Part shown: in pieces, positions 1 to 10,620 of the stretch | Layout of the letters: every line of letters starts with the position of its first letter | Position numbering within the stretch: the stretch's first letter is position 1 | Assembly (NCBI GenBank): GCA_963804955.1 | Contig: CAWDSQ010000029.1 | Coordinates: forward strand, 1-35,443 | DNA: 35,443 nt | Reading direction: 5' to 3' | Source of the DNA: an uncultured delta proteobacterium | Lineage (GTDB): Bacteria; Desulfobacterota; WTBG01; CAIYCZ01; CAIRTM01 | Notes under the pieces: model-generated | The model's database searches: none | What the model was told of the DNA's origin: nothing | Seen by the model: only the letters and a program-made list of their open reading frames with translations | Made by a program: the position numbers and the translations under genes

Positions 1-411
1 TAAAAGCAGTGCCTATTTTTCCGGCAAGCTCGCGCGCCTTTACAATAGATCCTTTCATACCGGCTTCAGCATCGGTTAATATAACATGCGCTCCCAGAGC
101 CTGCAGCAGCATGCGGCGCTCGCTCGTCATCTCCTCGGGCATTGTCAGTATGAGGCGGTAGCCCTTAATGGCCGCCACCCAGGCAAGGGCAATGCCCGTA
201 TTGCCGCTGGTTGGCTCGATTATGGTCATGCCGGGCTTAAGCTCACCGCTTGCCTCGGCAGCCTCTATCATGGCAAGGCCTATGCGGTCTTTAACGCTGC
301 CGCCCGGATTGCAGGCCTCAAGTTTTGCCGCAAGCCGTGCATCTGACAATCGCCGCAGCCATACAAGAGGCGTGCGGCCCACAAGATGGTCAGAGAATCG
401 GCAATCTTCAT
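1..411 (-). CDS. cysK: Cysteine synthase A, N-terminal part (runs off window; 1-nt frameshift near 388)
   Basis: Manual minus-strand translation gives MKIADSLT/(D)[76 protein letters not shown], with the PLP lysine motif SVKDR and the EPTSGNTG loop. Not in the ORF track. Confidence 0.93.
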
Positions 412-443
412 ATTTCAGCCTGCGCTTACAAGTTTAATCTACA

Positions 444-483
444 AATCTATGGTTGTTATAGATTAATATGCTCTGACAGTCAA
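444..483 (-). promoter_or_regulatory. Sigma70-type cysK promoter with overlapping palindromic operator
   Basis: Minus strand TTGACT(483-478)-N17-TATAAC(460-455); perfect AATCTAT-N7-ATAGATT palindrome at 444-464. Confidence 0.65.
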
Positions 484-1018
484 GAATTTTTATTCATTGT
501 TTTTTTATAGCAGCACACCCCACCTGCCAGGCGGGGCTTTCACAACAGAATTACGGTCAACAATCAGCCGCAGAGCGGGTGGCTTGCTTGCGCCCTGAAA
601 AGGCCTGATCAAAAAACACGAAGTGCTGCCGGTGCCTTCTTCGGGGAAGCACTGCCAGAGATGATAATTTTTCTAAAAAAATTACCATGCGGTACAATAT
701 AATGGACATTCCACCGCGCAGCATCACTATATATGCTCGCTGTGCTGCAATCCACAAATAATGTATAAAACCTGTTGAAAACTAGGGCTGGAACATTACA
801 GGGATGGCTTAAAAACAGAGGGTTTGTTCTCTTTGCTCAAATTGTGAGCACTAAAAAAATAAAGCTTTTTCAATTAGTTGCATATTTTGACAAAAAAATA
901 TTCACGCACATGTACCTTCATACAAAAATGCAAGTTTTTTTCAACAGGTACACCAGAAAGCATCGATACTATCTCAGACAATGCTGTTGTCATCCCATCT
1001 GCGCAGCAATTTATCTGT

Positions 1019-2390
1019 TCAGGTTTTTATTCTGAGCTGAGCTGGTTTCTCACAGCAGAAAACGGGTTTTGCCAGCACCGCAATGATGGAGTCGCAGGCA
1101 GCCCGCACAGCCGTTGTACAGGATTGACTGGAAATATACCGGTTCAGCAGTGGACTCATGCGGTAATAGAAATTTATGAGCATCCTGCCTGCCTCTGATG
1201 AGGCCAGCACCTCATCGCGGAACCTGCGCAGCAGCCGGGTTTGAGAGGCATGCTCACCATAGAGTTTCTCGACAGGGCAGCGGTCGCCGGGAACAGTTGT
1301 TGTGGTTGAACTGTTGTCGGAAACAATGCCGCGCACAGCCCGCAGATGGCTGGCTGCACCCTGATCAGACTTGCCATACACCTCAGCCCGGCCCCGCAGA
1401 AAGCATATATGATAGGCTTTGCGCGGCTCTGAGGGACAGGTGGTTGAAGACCAATAGTGCAAAGAGGTATTGATAAAGAAGCTCTCGTCGATGGATGGTG
1501 ATAATTGCGAATAATCGACAAGAGAAACAAGCTCATTGACATCCGGCAGGCGCCAGTCGCTGTAGCCGCCCAATTGCAGATCACTGCAGTAGGCAAGGCC
1601 GTCTTTCCATGATATGCCCTGCACGCTGTCCTGCTGCCACATGAGCCCGGTTGCGAGATCGCTCACCGTGCCGTCGCCGTTATCACGGAACTGCTGCGGC
1701 GGCGATGATCCGCGCACTGCCATGGCTGCATAGGAGGCCGCCTTTACCGGATAATTCATCATCCCGATTTTGAGCGTCACGGTGGCGCAGCGGCTGCTGC
1801 CGCTCGGGTCGGTCGTGCCGGTCCAGTATTCTTCCGCTGCGGCTGGAAAATACAGCGAACTGATACAGGGCGGGCCGCCGGCCCCCCGGTCAAGCAGCCA
1901 GACAAGTTCTTTGGCCGTGGGCAGCCGCCAGTCGGCATAGCCGCCGAAAGACCGGCTGTTCAAAGCCTCAATAAAATCGCCCGTGTCCGTTGCGTCGCCC
2001 GGCATGCCTGCATCACCGCCATTGCGCGATGCATTGTCGTTAAACCAGGTATACCTGTTGTCGGCATCATGGGGGTTGGCATAGTCGGCTGTGCCGTTTT
2101 TGCTGTCCTTGACCTCCCAGACAAGACCGGTTACCGTGTCGCGCACCATGCTCCAGGAGGAAGCAGTGTCAGGCAGCTCACGCGCCCTGGCTGTCAAGCC
2201 TGGTATAGGAGCGCTGCGCGGTGTGGCGCTGGGCATCCTGCCCGTAAAACGGCTCGCCCGGCTCCGGGCAGGCAATCGCACCCGTCATGCCGTAGCACAT
2301 CGTCTGGCCGGTATCCGGCACCTGCCCTGCACCGGCAGCAGAGGCCCCTGCTGCAAAAAAAACCATCGCAAAAAACAAAAGCTGTTTCAT
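1019..2390 (-). CDS. Secreted tandem DUF1566 (Lcl C-terminal-like) protein with CFI-box-CTERM-like tail; frameshift near 2185
   Basis: Signal peptide plus VPDTGQTMCY...FYGQDAQ (ORF 2178-2390) joins ORF 1019-2281, which has two VxDxxTGLxW...GGYxDWRLPxxxEL...YW repeats. Tail CPVEKLYG...LRRFRDEVL...GRMLINFYYRMSP follows a Ser/Thr linker. Confidence 0.85.
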
Positions 2391-2515
2391 ACTTCTCCCC
2401 CGTCACAACGCTGATTATATGCCTGCGATGCTGCCGGCCCCGGTTGCGCAACCATTGTGCATATGGTAGCTTATGCATTATATAGTATCAAAATAATTTT
2501 ATTGAAAGGGCCGGC

Positions 2516-2953
2516 ATGAAAATATCTGATTTGATCGTAAAGGTTCGGCACGTTGGCGTCATTGTTGATGATGTGAAAGCTGCAACCGGGCTGTATCAGA
2601 AGCTGTATGACATCGATGACCAGGACGTGCGGGTCGTGCCGCCCTGGGATGTGGCGGATGCCGAAACCCGCTTTACCTTCGTGCCGGTCGGCGGCATGGA
2701 GTTCGAGCTCATTCAGCCCATTTCGGACAATTTCAAAAATTTCATCGGCAACCCGCCCGCCGGCATCAACCATATAGCCTTCATCGTCACCGACCTTAAT
2801 AAAGCCGTTGAGCTGATGGCGCAGAAAGGCGTGCGCCTGGGGCATGTCACCAAAGACGGCATACTGGACATGAAGCGCAGCCGCGTCGCCTATTTCAACC
2901 CGCAGGACACCGGCGGCGTGCTGCTTGAGTTTGTTGAGCCGGTAGAAGATTAA
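2516..2953 (+). CDS. VOC/glyoxalase family protein (methylmalonyl-CoA epimerase-like)
   Basis: HVGVIVDD, FELIQP, GINHIAFIV and GGVLLEFVE metal-ligand pattern. Confidence 0.85.
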   Translation: MKISDLIVKVRHVGVIVDDVKAATGLYQKLYDIDDQDVRVVPPWDVADAETRFTFVPVGGMEFELIQPISDNFKNFIGNPPAGINHIAFIVTDLNKAVELMAQKGVRLGHVTKDGILDMKRSRVAYFNPQDTGGVLLEFVEPVED

Positions 2954-3469
2954 GCGCAGTTTATGTCCCGCGGCATCCATGCCGCCTCAGGTAAAAAAAC
3001 GGCCGCCCTGCACATGCGCAACGATGCGGGACCCGTTGCGTCTGATGGGTACACGGGATGGCCGCACTGTTTTATTGATTTGGCACACCGCATCAATGAT
3101 GCCCGGTCCTTGACGCGGACTCTGCCGGGCGGCAGCTCATCGTATGGCTTTCATGACCGGCAGTTGCTGCTCGCAGAGCCGCACCTGCTGAAACATGACC
3201 ACGGGCCGGCTGCTCTCTCTCATGGGCCCGGCACAATCATCATGCTCATGGCTTCTCTGTGGGGGCGGGTGTCCTTATAAAACAATACAAGAAAAACAGC
3301 TCAGCCTGACCGGATTGTTCCGCGCAAGCCCGGCCTGGCAGCGGGGATATCACTGCTTTCAGCGTTCGGCGCAGCTCATTATTACAGCTTGTAATAGCAT
3401 GCGTCATTTTGTAAAATGACGCACAACCACAGTGCAGTTCTCATTACATTCATTCCGGGGGGTCGGGTT

Positions 3470-4243
3470 ATGAAAAAGAGTCTGCTGCCATTTTTACTTG
3501 TACTGCTTTCCTTAAACAGCGATTGCTGTGACGCGTATCAGAATGTCTGCACAGCTACCGGTTGTGCGGACATAGATTTTTCACGGGACAGCGGCGCCCT
3601 GCAATTCAGCTGCACTGCTACAAAGGGCCTCTTTCTTTTTTCCACCCGCAATGTGAAGATTGTTCAGGGCTCCAACACCCTGAGGCTGCATCCGTTTTTT
3701 GCCGGCGGGCATCTGAATGCGCCCCTAGTAGAGTGCGATGAAGACTCCCTTTGTTTGCACATACTAAAAAAAGATGCTGCCATCAGCGGCACAATACGCT
3801 GCCTGCCCAAGTGGTTTGAAGTTGATCAGCCGTTTACCGTCTCCTATAAAAGGGCTGAGTTCCCGTTCGACGCTCTCCCTGCACCCCCGGCAGATACGCC
3901 CTTTACCGTCACTGCTCATGTCATGGCTAAAGACATTGAAAATGCTTCTTGCGCGACACCGGTTGCCGTAGACAGTTTCAGCACGGCAGATGCCGTCTTT
4001 CACAGCTGGCTGAGCTTTAAAAACGCCAAAATCAATGATGTGCTGGAATGGAAATTCTATGGGCCGAACTCGGCCAGATATCACTGTCACCACCGTGTCC
4101 TTGAGTATGAGGAGGGGTGCCTCTATTGGGGCGTTCGCATACAAGGCAACCGCGTGCAATATATGCCCGGCAGCTGGTCTGTAGATGTGTATCACAATGG
4201 CATTTTTCAATTCACCGATACCTTTACTCTAACGAAAGAATAG
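3470..4243 (+). CDS. Secreted hypothetical protein with C-terminal beta-rich (Ig-like) domain
   Basis: MKKSLLPFLLVLLSL signal peptide at 3470; C-terminal ...WKFYGP...PGSWSVDVYHNG...TFTL pattern. Confidence 0.65.
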   Translation: MKKSLLPFLLVLLSLNSDCCDAYQNVCTATGCADIDFSRDSGALQFSCTATKGLFLFSTRNVKIVQGSNTLRLHPFFAGGHLNAPLVECDEDSLCLHILKKDAAISGTIRCLPKWFEVDQPFTVSYKRAEFPFDALPAPPADTPFTVTAHVMAKDIENASCATPVAVDSFSTADAVFHSWLSFKNAKINDVLEWKFYGPNSARYHCHHRVLEYEEGCLYWGVRIQGNRVQYMPGSWSVDVYHNGIFQFTDTFTLTKE

Positions 4244-4246
4244 GCA

Positions 4247-5037
4247 ATGGGTATGACACGTACGCTGCATGTGGCGCTTATGCTTGCTCTGGCGGCATGT
4301 ACTGCAGGCCTGCAGAGCTGCATCTGGCTGTATGACCGCAACGAGATAATCGACGGCATCGAATTTGTGGAGTGCCCGGCGGGCGAGTTTCAGATGGGCA
4401 GCACCGGCATTGCCGCGGCAATCCCCGCCCACACGGTGACATTCGCCCAAAAATTCTGGATATCAAAATATGAAGTGACGCAGCTGCAGTGGCTGGCCGT
4501 CATGAAAAAAATCCGATGAGACAGCGCATAGACTATACCGCGCAGTATCCTGTGGGCGGCGTTACCTGGGACGATACGCAGGAATTTATCGCCGCCCTTA
4601 ACGCGGCCAGGCCCGGTAAAAACTTCCGCCTGCCATCAGAGGCCGAGTGGGAATATGCATGCCGTGCCGGTACGGGCACACACTACTTCTGGGGCGACGA
4701 CCCGGACAAGCTGCGCATGACAGGCTATGCCTGGGTGCCGGCCAATAGCGGCGATAGCACGCATCCCGTCGGGCAGCTCGAGCCCAATGCCTGGGGCATC
4801 TACGACATGTGCGGCAATGTGTGGGAATGGGTTCAGGATTACTGGCACGATTCCTATGAAGGCGCACCCGGCGACGGCAGCGCATGGGAGACCCCTGCCA
4901 CGAACAGGCGCTGCGCCCGGGGAGGAAGCTACTATAATGATACGGGCTGCCCCTCGGCCTTCCGCGCCGGGAGCGGTATTTCCCCAGACAGCCGCTACGC
5001 CGATTACGGGTTCCGCATCGTTCGTGAAGAGCCATAA
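4247..5037 (+). CDS. FGE-sulfatase (SUMF1/C-type lectin fold) domain protein, probable lipoprotein; frameshift in the A-run near 4505-4511
   Basis: PAGEFQMGS, ISKYEVTQ, FRLPSEAEWEYACRAG, PNAWGIYDMCGNVWEWVQD, RGGS and GFR motifs split over two ORFs. Confidence 0.9.
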
Positions 5038-5187
5038 ACGTATCCGGCTTCACACGGCCACAAAAAAAACAGCTTGAAAAGCAGACAGGTAAGTACGCCC
5101 GATATCTTGAAATTGAGGCCACCGGCGCGTGATTGTACCGGTGCAGGCACTGCTGCAGTGAGCTATTGATTTGCTGATAAACGCCCG

Positions 5188-5832
5188 CTAGTCAGCCCCA
5201 TCCTCCGGAGCGCGCTTGCGCATAAAGCAGCAGAAAGCCCGCGGGGCGGGCAGGTCCGGGGAAAAGCCCAGCTCCTCGCGGTCTTCAGGGCTCAAGTGAT
5301 CAAGGTCTGTAGCGGTAAGGGAAAGTATTTCAAAATACGGCTCAACAGCCGCGGTAATCTCACGGGCAGACAGCCGGGAAGGGCAGACGGCCGGACCATC
5401 AAGGCTGCTGCTGATATTGAGCCAAAAGCCGCCATCGGTCAGGCACCGGGCAATTCTGCCGGCCAGCAGGCCCCTGTGCTCCGGATTTTTAAACCCGTGC
5501 AGGCAGCCAAGGTCGAAAACAAAACCGAAATCCGTCCCCGGCAGCGGGTCATCAAGAAAGTCAGACAGCATAAACGTGCAGGCATCAGCGCCTGCTTTTT
5601 TTCTTGCCTGATCCAGAGCGGTTTCCGACAGGTCGATTGCCGTAACGGCAAAGCCCTGCCGTGCAAGCCAGATTGCATTGGTTCCGGTGCCGCAGCCCAG
5701 TTCAAGAGCACGGCATGGCCTGACAGGGGTAGTTTGAACGATCTCCGCCAGATGGCTGTCGGGCCTTTTAACATCCCAGGGTGTAAACTTGACCTGATAC
5801 AGCTGTTCCCAGTCGATACCGTCTTTGCCCAT
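5188..5832 (-). CDS. Class I SAM-dependent methyltransferase (TPMT/TehB-like)
   Basis: TPWD, ALELGCGTG, AIDLSETAL and FVFDLGCLH motifs. Confidence 0.88.
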   Translation of the reverse strand: MGKDGIDWEQLYQVKFTPWDVKRPDSHLAEIVQTTPVRPCRALELGCGTGTNAIWLARQGFAVTAIDLSETALDQARKKAGADACTFMLSDFLDDPLPGTDFGFVFDLGCLHGFKNPEHRGLLAGRIARCLTDGGFWLNISSSLDGPAVCPSRLSAREITAAVEPYFEILSLTATDLDHLSPEDREELGFSPDLPAPRAFCCFMRKRAPEDGAD

Positions 5833-6551
5833 GGCAGCTCCCTTTATTTAGTGGTGTGGTTGCGAACAGGCATACAGCTGAGAGAAATTCCCTCAGACTG
5901 CTCATGGTGGAATCAGGGGATGCGCCTATGAAAACAATGCCATTGACAGAAACCCTTTTCCGACCGCTGAGACTATAAGATGCGGGTGTTTGAGTGTCAA
6001 GAATGAAATAGAGCCCCGCCTGCAAAGCGCTTCATGCCTGATGGCATGCGCCATGCGCCCTCTTCGAAGCGCCTGACCGCAGCGTCCATATTAGCCTTGA
6101 CACATAATCGCCCCCGTCCTATATTCGTCCTGTCACGGGGCGGGTTTTTATCAGCCCGGGTTCAGACTTTTTCTCAACCTTGAACAGTCTGTTCGCCAGA
6201 TACACCAGCGGGGCATCGTGCATCCTGGCATTGGCTCTATGAGCAGCAGTGTGGTGAATGATGCGGGCGACCCGCTGCTGCCGGATTTTCAGACAAAGCT
6301 GTTTCTTAACCGGATACCGCGCTTCATGCATCAGCTCCTTGAAAACAGCGGCATCTCCGGCCTCTACACGTGCTGGGAACGGGCCGGCGAAAAGACAATT
6401 TCCCCTGAGCCCCTTGCATTTTTCAACACAATGGAATAAAAACGCTCGCTGCGGGTGCTCATGGCTGAGCGCCGGGCACGCAGCGCATCGAGGCGCTGAC
6501 AGCCCTGAGCGCGCAATTCCGAACGACATGAACTCCTTACCTGACTGACCC

Positions 6552-7472
6552 ATGACACCACGATCATCTATTCGCTACAGGCTTGAATATGCAGGGTTGA
6601 TCCTGTTTGATTCAATGATGCGGGCGCTGCCCGCCAGAGTTGCCATAAGCCTTGGCAGAAATGCCGGGGCGCTTGCGGAAAAATTTTTCAGGGCGCGCGT
6701 TCGCCTCGCCCATGAAAACCTGCAGATCGTTTTCGGCGACAGTCTTTCTCGCGCGCAGCGGCAAGATCTTATCAAAAAGCTCTTTCGCATGCTCGGCGAA
6801 GGTTTTGTCGAGTCGGTTATCAGCTCACCGGCTGATCTGCTCAAAAATGTTTCCGTTGAAGGCCTGGAACATCTTAAAAAAGCCCTTGCAAAAAAAAGGG
6901 GGGTAATAATTCTCGGGCCGCATATGGGTATGTGGGAGCATGCCTCATCGGCCTTCGCTCAGCATGTCGAGAATGCTGCTTCACTGTACAAGCCTCTGAA
7001 AAACCCGTATGTCGATGCCTATATTGTCCGCACCCGCGGCCAGGGCAGAATAGAGCTCATCTCAAGCAAAAACGGCCTACGCCAGCTGTATCAGCGCCTG
7101 AAAAAGGGCGGCATGGTAACCCTGCTCTTTGACCAGAACGCTGGCCGCAACGGGCTCCCTGTGCCGTTTTTCGGAAAAACAGCTTCGACCTACTCCACCC
7201 CTGCCGCTTTTGCCCTGAAAACAGGCTGTGCCGTTGTGCCGGCCTATACGATCAAAGAGCCCGGGTTCAGGCATAACCGCACGATTCTCTGTGAGCCGTT
7301 TCCCCTGATCAGGACAGGCGATACTGAACAGGATATCATTGCCAATACCCGCCAGTATAATGCCTTTATCGAGGACATGGTGCGCCGCTATCCCGAGCAG
7401 TGGTTCGGCTGGCTGCACCGCCGATGGAAGCTGCCCCGGACTTTTGCCGGCAACGAAAAAGCCGGCGAATAA
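6552..7472 (+). CDS. lpxL: Lipid A biosynthesis acyltransferase (LpxL/HtrB family)
   Basis: HMGMWE, LFDQ, VPFFG and YPEQWFGWLHRRWK motifs. Confidence 0.88.
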   Translation: MTPRSSIRYRLEYAGLILFDSMMRALPARVAISLGRNAGALAEKFFRARVRLAHENLQIVFGDSLSRAQRQDLIKKLFRMLGEGFVESVISSPADLLKNVSVEGLEHLKKALAKKRGVIILGPHMGMWEHASSAFAQHVENAASLYKPLKNPYVDAYIVRTRGQGRIELISSKNGLRQLYQRLKKGGMVTLLFDQNAGRNGLPVPFFGKTASTYSTPAAFALKTGCAVVPAYTIKEPGFRHNRTILCEPFPLIRTGDTEQDIIANTRQYNAFIEDMVRRYPEQWFGWLHRRWKLPRTFAGNEKAGE

Positions 7473-7850
7473 TCGTAAAAAAGATACCGCCCTTGCCCGG
7501 GCTTCATCTCACACATTAGCCTTTCGGGTCAGACAGGCGCGCCTGCCACCTGACAGCATGCACAACCGCTCATTCCTGCTTTGGTTTTCAGCAGCTGCAG
7601 CAGCTCAGAAACACGCTGAGGCGCTGGCACCGTGCAGCAGCATTTTTCAATGCATGCGCCCTCTCCGAAGTGTCAGCGCCAGCCTGCTTAATGAAACTCA
7701 TTCGACAGCGCCGCCGCAATACAAGCGGCCGATATGCTCAGTAATTGCAAGGGAGTATGCTATAATCCCCGATAAAGGAACATGAGGTGCGGCTGAATAT
7801 GGCCGGGCGGCCGGAAGCCGCACCGCGCACCCGCTTTCTCATTGCCGTCC

Positions 7851-8015
7851 AGCAGGGTGTTGAAAAAACCAATAGGGGAAGGCTGTTCAAAAATGCCCGG
7901 ACGCAAGGCGTGCGATATCATGCGCAATGAGCCGTACTTTTTCTACGCCGCAGTGAAGCATGGTGAGCGAAATCCCGCTCCAGCGGGACAGATGGGCGTT
8001 TTTCAACAGCCTGCT
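7851..8015. mobile_element. MITE-like element with 17-bp terminal inverted repeats
   Basis: AGCAGGGTGTTGAAAAA (7851-7867) vs TTTTTCAACAGCCTGCT (7999-8015), 16/17 complementary; second left-end-like GGCTGTTCAAAAA at 7881. Confidence 0.7.
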
Positions 8016-8024
8016 AAAGCTAGT

Positions 8025-9050
8025 ATGAGCAGAACCCTCACAGCACTGTATGCCTGTATCGCCATCATGCTCCTTGCAGGGGCCGGCTGCAGGGATGGCC
8101 GCAAGCTGCAGTTTCCCGCAGACCACGGCCCGCATTTTGACAGCAGCCATGAGTGGTGGTACTTCACCGGCCTGGCCTCCGACGGCAGCGGCAGGGCCCT
8201 GGGTTTTGAATGCACGATTTTCAAGAACCGGGGTTTAAGTAAAAAGGAGTTCGTCTACCTTGGCCATGTGGCAGTCAGCGACCCGGAGACGCAGGACTAT
8301 GCGTACAAAGAAACCCTGACGCGGCCGCCGGTTGACGGCATAGCCGAAGGCATCCCCGCAATCGGCATCACGAATTTTTCCTTCGATTTTTCCGACAACC
8401 GGACCATGTTCATACACGCAAGCTCAGACAATGCAAGCCTTGATCTTGAGCTCGCGCCCCGCAGCGCCGTGCTGCTGCACGGCCGCGACGGCGCCATTGC
8501 CATGGGCGACGGGCTGACCTCCTTTTATTATTCATTCACCGATCTGAGCACCACGGGCAGTATTACATTCAGGGGGCGAGAGTATCATATCATTGCAGGC
8601 CGCACCTGGATGGACCATCAGTGGGGCAATTTCACCGTCTTCGGGATCAGCTGGGACTGGTTTTCGCTACGCCTCGACGACGGCGGCGCGCTCATGCTGT
8701 TTCACTTCCGCAACATCTTTGGCCGCACGGCCAGATCCAACTGGACCTACCGCTCCGCCTCCGGCGAAGTTACCTATGGCACGGTCTTCCACATGCAGGC
8801 GCACCGCACCTACGAGGATGCTGCCGGCGCCTGCAGCTTCCCGCTTGACTGGACGCTTTCCATCCCTGACCTGAATGCGGAATTTACCATCCTGCCCCTT
8901 TTTGACAGTCAGGTATTCTACAGCACCATGACGCCCGATTACTGGGAAGGCCTCTGTTCGGCTGCCGGCTCCATCAACGGCGCCCCTGCTGCAGGCTCTG
9001 CCTATGTTGAGCTTTCAGGCTACTGCGGGCTGCCAGGCGCCGCGCACTAA
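8025..9050 (+). CDS. Lipoprotein, CrtC/AttH-like lipocalin-fold protein
   Basis: Lipobox LAGAGC after ATG 8025; FPADHGPH, EWWYFTG, WMDHQWG, WDWFSL and YWEG motifs. The ORF-track start at 7842 runs through the MITE. Confidence 0.85.
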   Translation: MSRTLTALYACIAIMLLAGAGCRDGRKLQFPADHGPHFDSSHEWWYFTGLASDGSGRALGFECTIFKNRGLSKKEFVYLGHVAVSDPETQDYAYKETLTRPPVDGIAEGIPAIGITNFSFDFSDNRTMFIHASSDNASLDLELAPRSAVLLHGRDGAIAMGDGLTSFYYSFTDLSTTGSITFRGREYHIIAGRTWMDHQWGNFTVFGISWDWFSLRLDDGGALMLFHFRNIFGRTARSNWTYRSASGEVTYGTVFHMQAHRTYEDAAGACSFPLDWTLSIPDLNAEFTILPLFDSQVFYSTMTPDYWEGLCSAAGSINGAPAAGSAYVELSGYCGLPGAAH

Positions 9051-9161
9051 GACCGGCCGGGAGAGCTTGCGCCAGCCGGCTTGCAGGATACGAAAGAAGG
9101 CCTCGAGAATCATGGGTTGATCAGTACAGGGCGCTGCTGTCCCCTTTTTATTCATTGCCGT

Positions 9162-10331
9162 TCACCTGTAAGGCCGCACGCAGCTGCGCAGCTTCAGAAG
9201 CCGCCTTCCGGCTTCAGCCAGGGTGTCTTCTTTTTTTGCAAAATGGAATCTGATGTACGTGTGTACCGGTTCCCTGAAAAAACTTGATCCGGGCACCGCA
9301 GCAACACCGATTTCACTGGCCAGCCACTCGCAAAATGCGGCGTCATTTTCAACGCCGAACTCCGACACGTCAACCATAACATAATACGCGCCGGCCGGGG
9401 CAATGTAGGAAAGGGCTGCCTGGTCAAGCGCATCGAGAAACAGTAAGCGTTTTGAGGTATAGGCTGCGGTCAGGCCGCTGTAATAGGAATCGGGAAAGTT
9501 AAGCGCCGTAACCGCTGCTTCCTGCAAAGGGGCGGCAGCGCCAACGGTTAAAAAATCGTGGACTTTCCGCGTTGCGTCGATGATGTTCGGCGCTGCGATG
9601 ATAGAGCCCAGGCGCCAGCCGGTAATGGAATATGTTTTAGAAAGCGAGCTGCACGAGATGGTCCGCTCAAACATGCCGGGCAGCGCTGCGAAATAGGTAT
9701 GTACGTGCGGGGCATAGACAATATGCTCATAGACCTCGTCGGTAATCACAAAGGCATCAAACTCTTCGGCAAGACGGGCAATGCACAGCAGCTCCTCGCG
9801 GGTAAAAACCTTGCCGGTCGGGTTGCCGGGGTTGCAGAGAATAAGGGCTTTAGGCCGCTTTTCAAAGGCGCGGCGAAGCTCAGCCGGGTCAAAGGTGAAA
9901 TCGGGCGGCCGCAGCGGCACGTGCAGAGGCTGCGCGCCGGTAAGAATCGCGTCTGCCGCATAGTTTTCGTAAAACGGTGAAAATATAATGACCTGATCAC
10001 CCGGATTGGTCACTGCCATCATGCTGGCCATCATTGCTTCAGTGCTGCCGCAGGTAACCGTGATATTTGTCTCGGGATCAATCGGGATGCTCATGAACCG
10101 CTGCTGTTTTTTCGCAAGGGCCTGCCGGAAAGCGGGAGCGCCCCAGGTAACGGCATACTGATGGGGCCCCGATACTGCGACCCGCTGCAAAGCCTCGATA
10201 AGCTCGGCAGGCGGATCAAAATCGGGAAATCCCTGTGAAAGGTTTACGGCCCCTGTCCGGTTGGCAACGCGGGTCATGTGCCGGATAACTGATTCAGTAA
10301 ATGCTGCTGTACGATTGCTGATTTCCGGCAT
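9162..10331 (-). CDS. PLP-dependent class I/II aminotransferase (YbdL-like)
   Basis: NLSQGFPDF, NPGNPTGK, DEVYEH and SLSKTYSITGWRLG motifs. Confidence 0.93.
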   Translation of the reverse strand: MPEISNRTAAFTESVIRHMTRVANRTGAVNLSQGFPDFDPPAELIEALQRVAVSGPHQYAVTWGAPAFRQALAKKQQRFMSIPIDPETNITVTCGSTEAMMASMMAVTNPGDQVIIFSPFYENYAADAILTGAQPLHVPLRPPDFTFDPAELRRAFEKRPKALILCNPGNPTGKVFTREELLCIARLAEEFDAFVITDEVYEHIVYAPHVHTYFAALPGMFERTISCSSLSKTYSITGWRLGSIIAAPNIIDATRKVHDFLTVGAAAPLQEAAVTALNFPDSYYSGLTAAYTSKRLLFLDALDQAALSYIAPAGAYYVMVDVSEFGVENDAAFCEWLASEIGVAAVPGSSFFREPVHTYIRFHFAKKEDTLAEAGRRLLKLRSCVRPYR

Positions 10332-10396
10332 GAGTACATTCGCCCTATCGGTAAAAGTTGTGTTTTTTATTGCAGCCTGGCTTGCCTCAAACTACA

Positions 10397-10532
10397 TGGC
10401 GGACTCAAAAAAGTTAAAAAAACACTTATATAATCGTCATACCGGCGGAAGCCGGCATCCAGAAAAATCAAATAGGTTCTAAACACTGGACACCGGTTTT
10501 CACCGGTGTGACGCCTTTTTGCGATTTCATCA
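10397..10532. repeat. Degenerate TIR shell enclosing a CGTCAT...TGACG double-hairpin repeat
   Basis: CGTCATACCGGCGGAAGCCGGCATCCAG (10435-10462) ... CTGGACACCGGTTTTCACCGGTGTGACG (10486-10513); outer ends TGGCGGACTCAAAAAAG / CTTTTTGCGATTTCATCA. Confidence 0.65.
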
Positions 10533-10620
10533 TAGAGCGCCCATGCAGGGAAGGTGCAGTTCCGGTTAAGCATAGTCTGTCGGGTCCCCGCAACGGTGAG
10601 TTTGTATGCACGAGCAGGTC

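Noticed and set aside
2963..3419. ORFs between the VOC gene and the secreted protein
   Set aside because: No RBS or recognisable motif; treated as intergenic or decayed DNA
1019..5037. Diversity-generating retroelement (DUF1566 and FGE/CLec genes are typical DGR targets)
   Set aside because: No reverse transcriptase and no adenine-variant TR/VR repeat pair seen in the window; remote targeting cannot be excluded
6060..6439. Protein-like broken frame (GRVFISPGSDFF.../GIVHPGIGSMS), vaguely like PPC/DUF296
   Set aside because: Stop and frameshift, no start, similarity too weak to call without a search
7842..8024. N-terminal extension of the lipocalin ORF
   Set aside because: It is the translated MITE; the signal peptide begins at 8025
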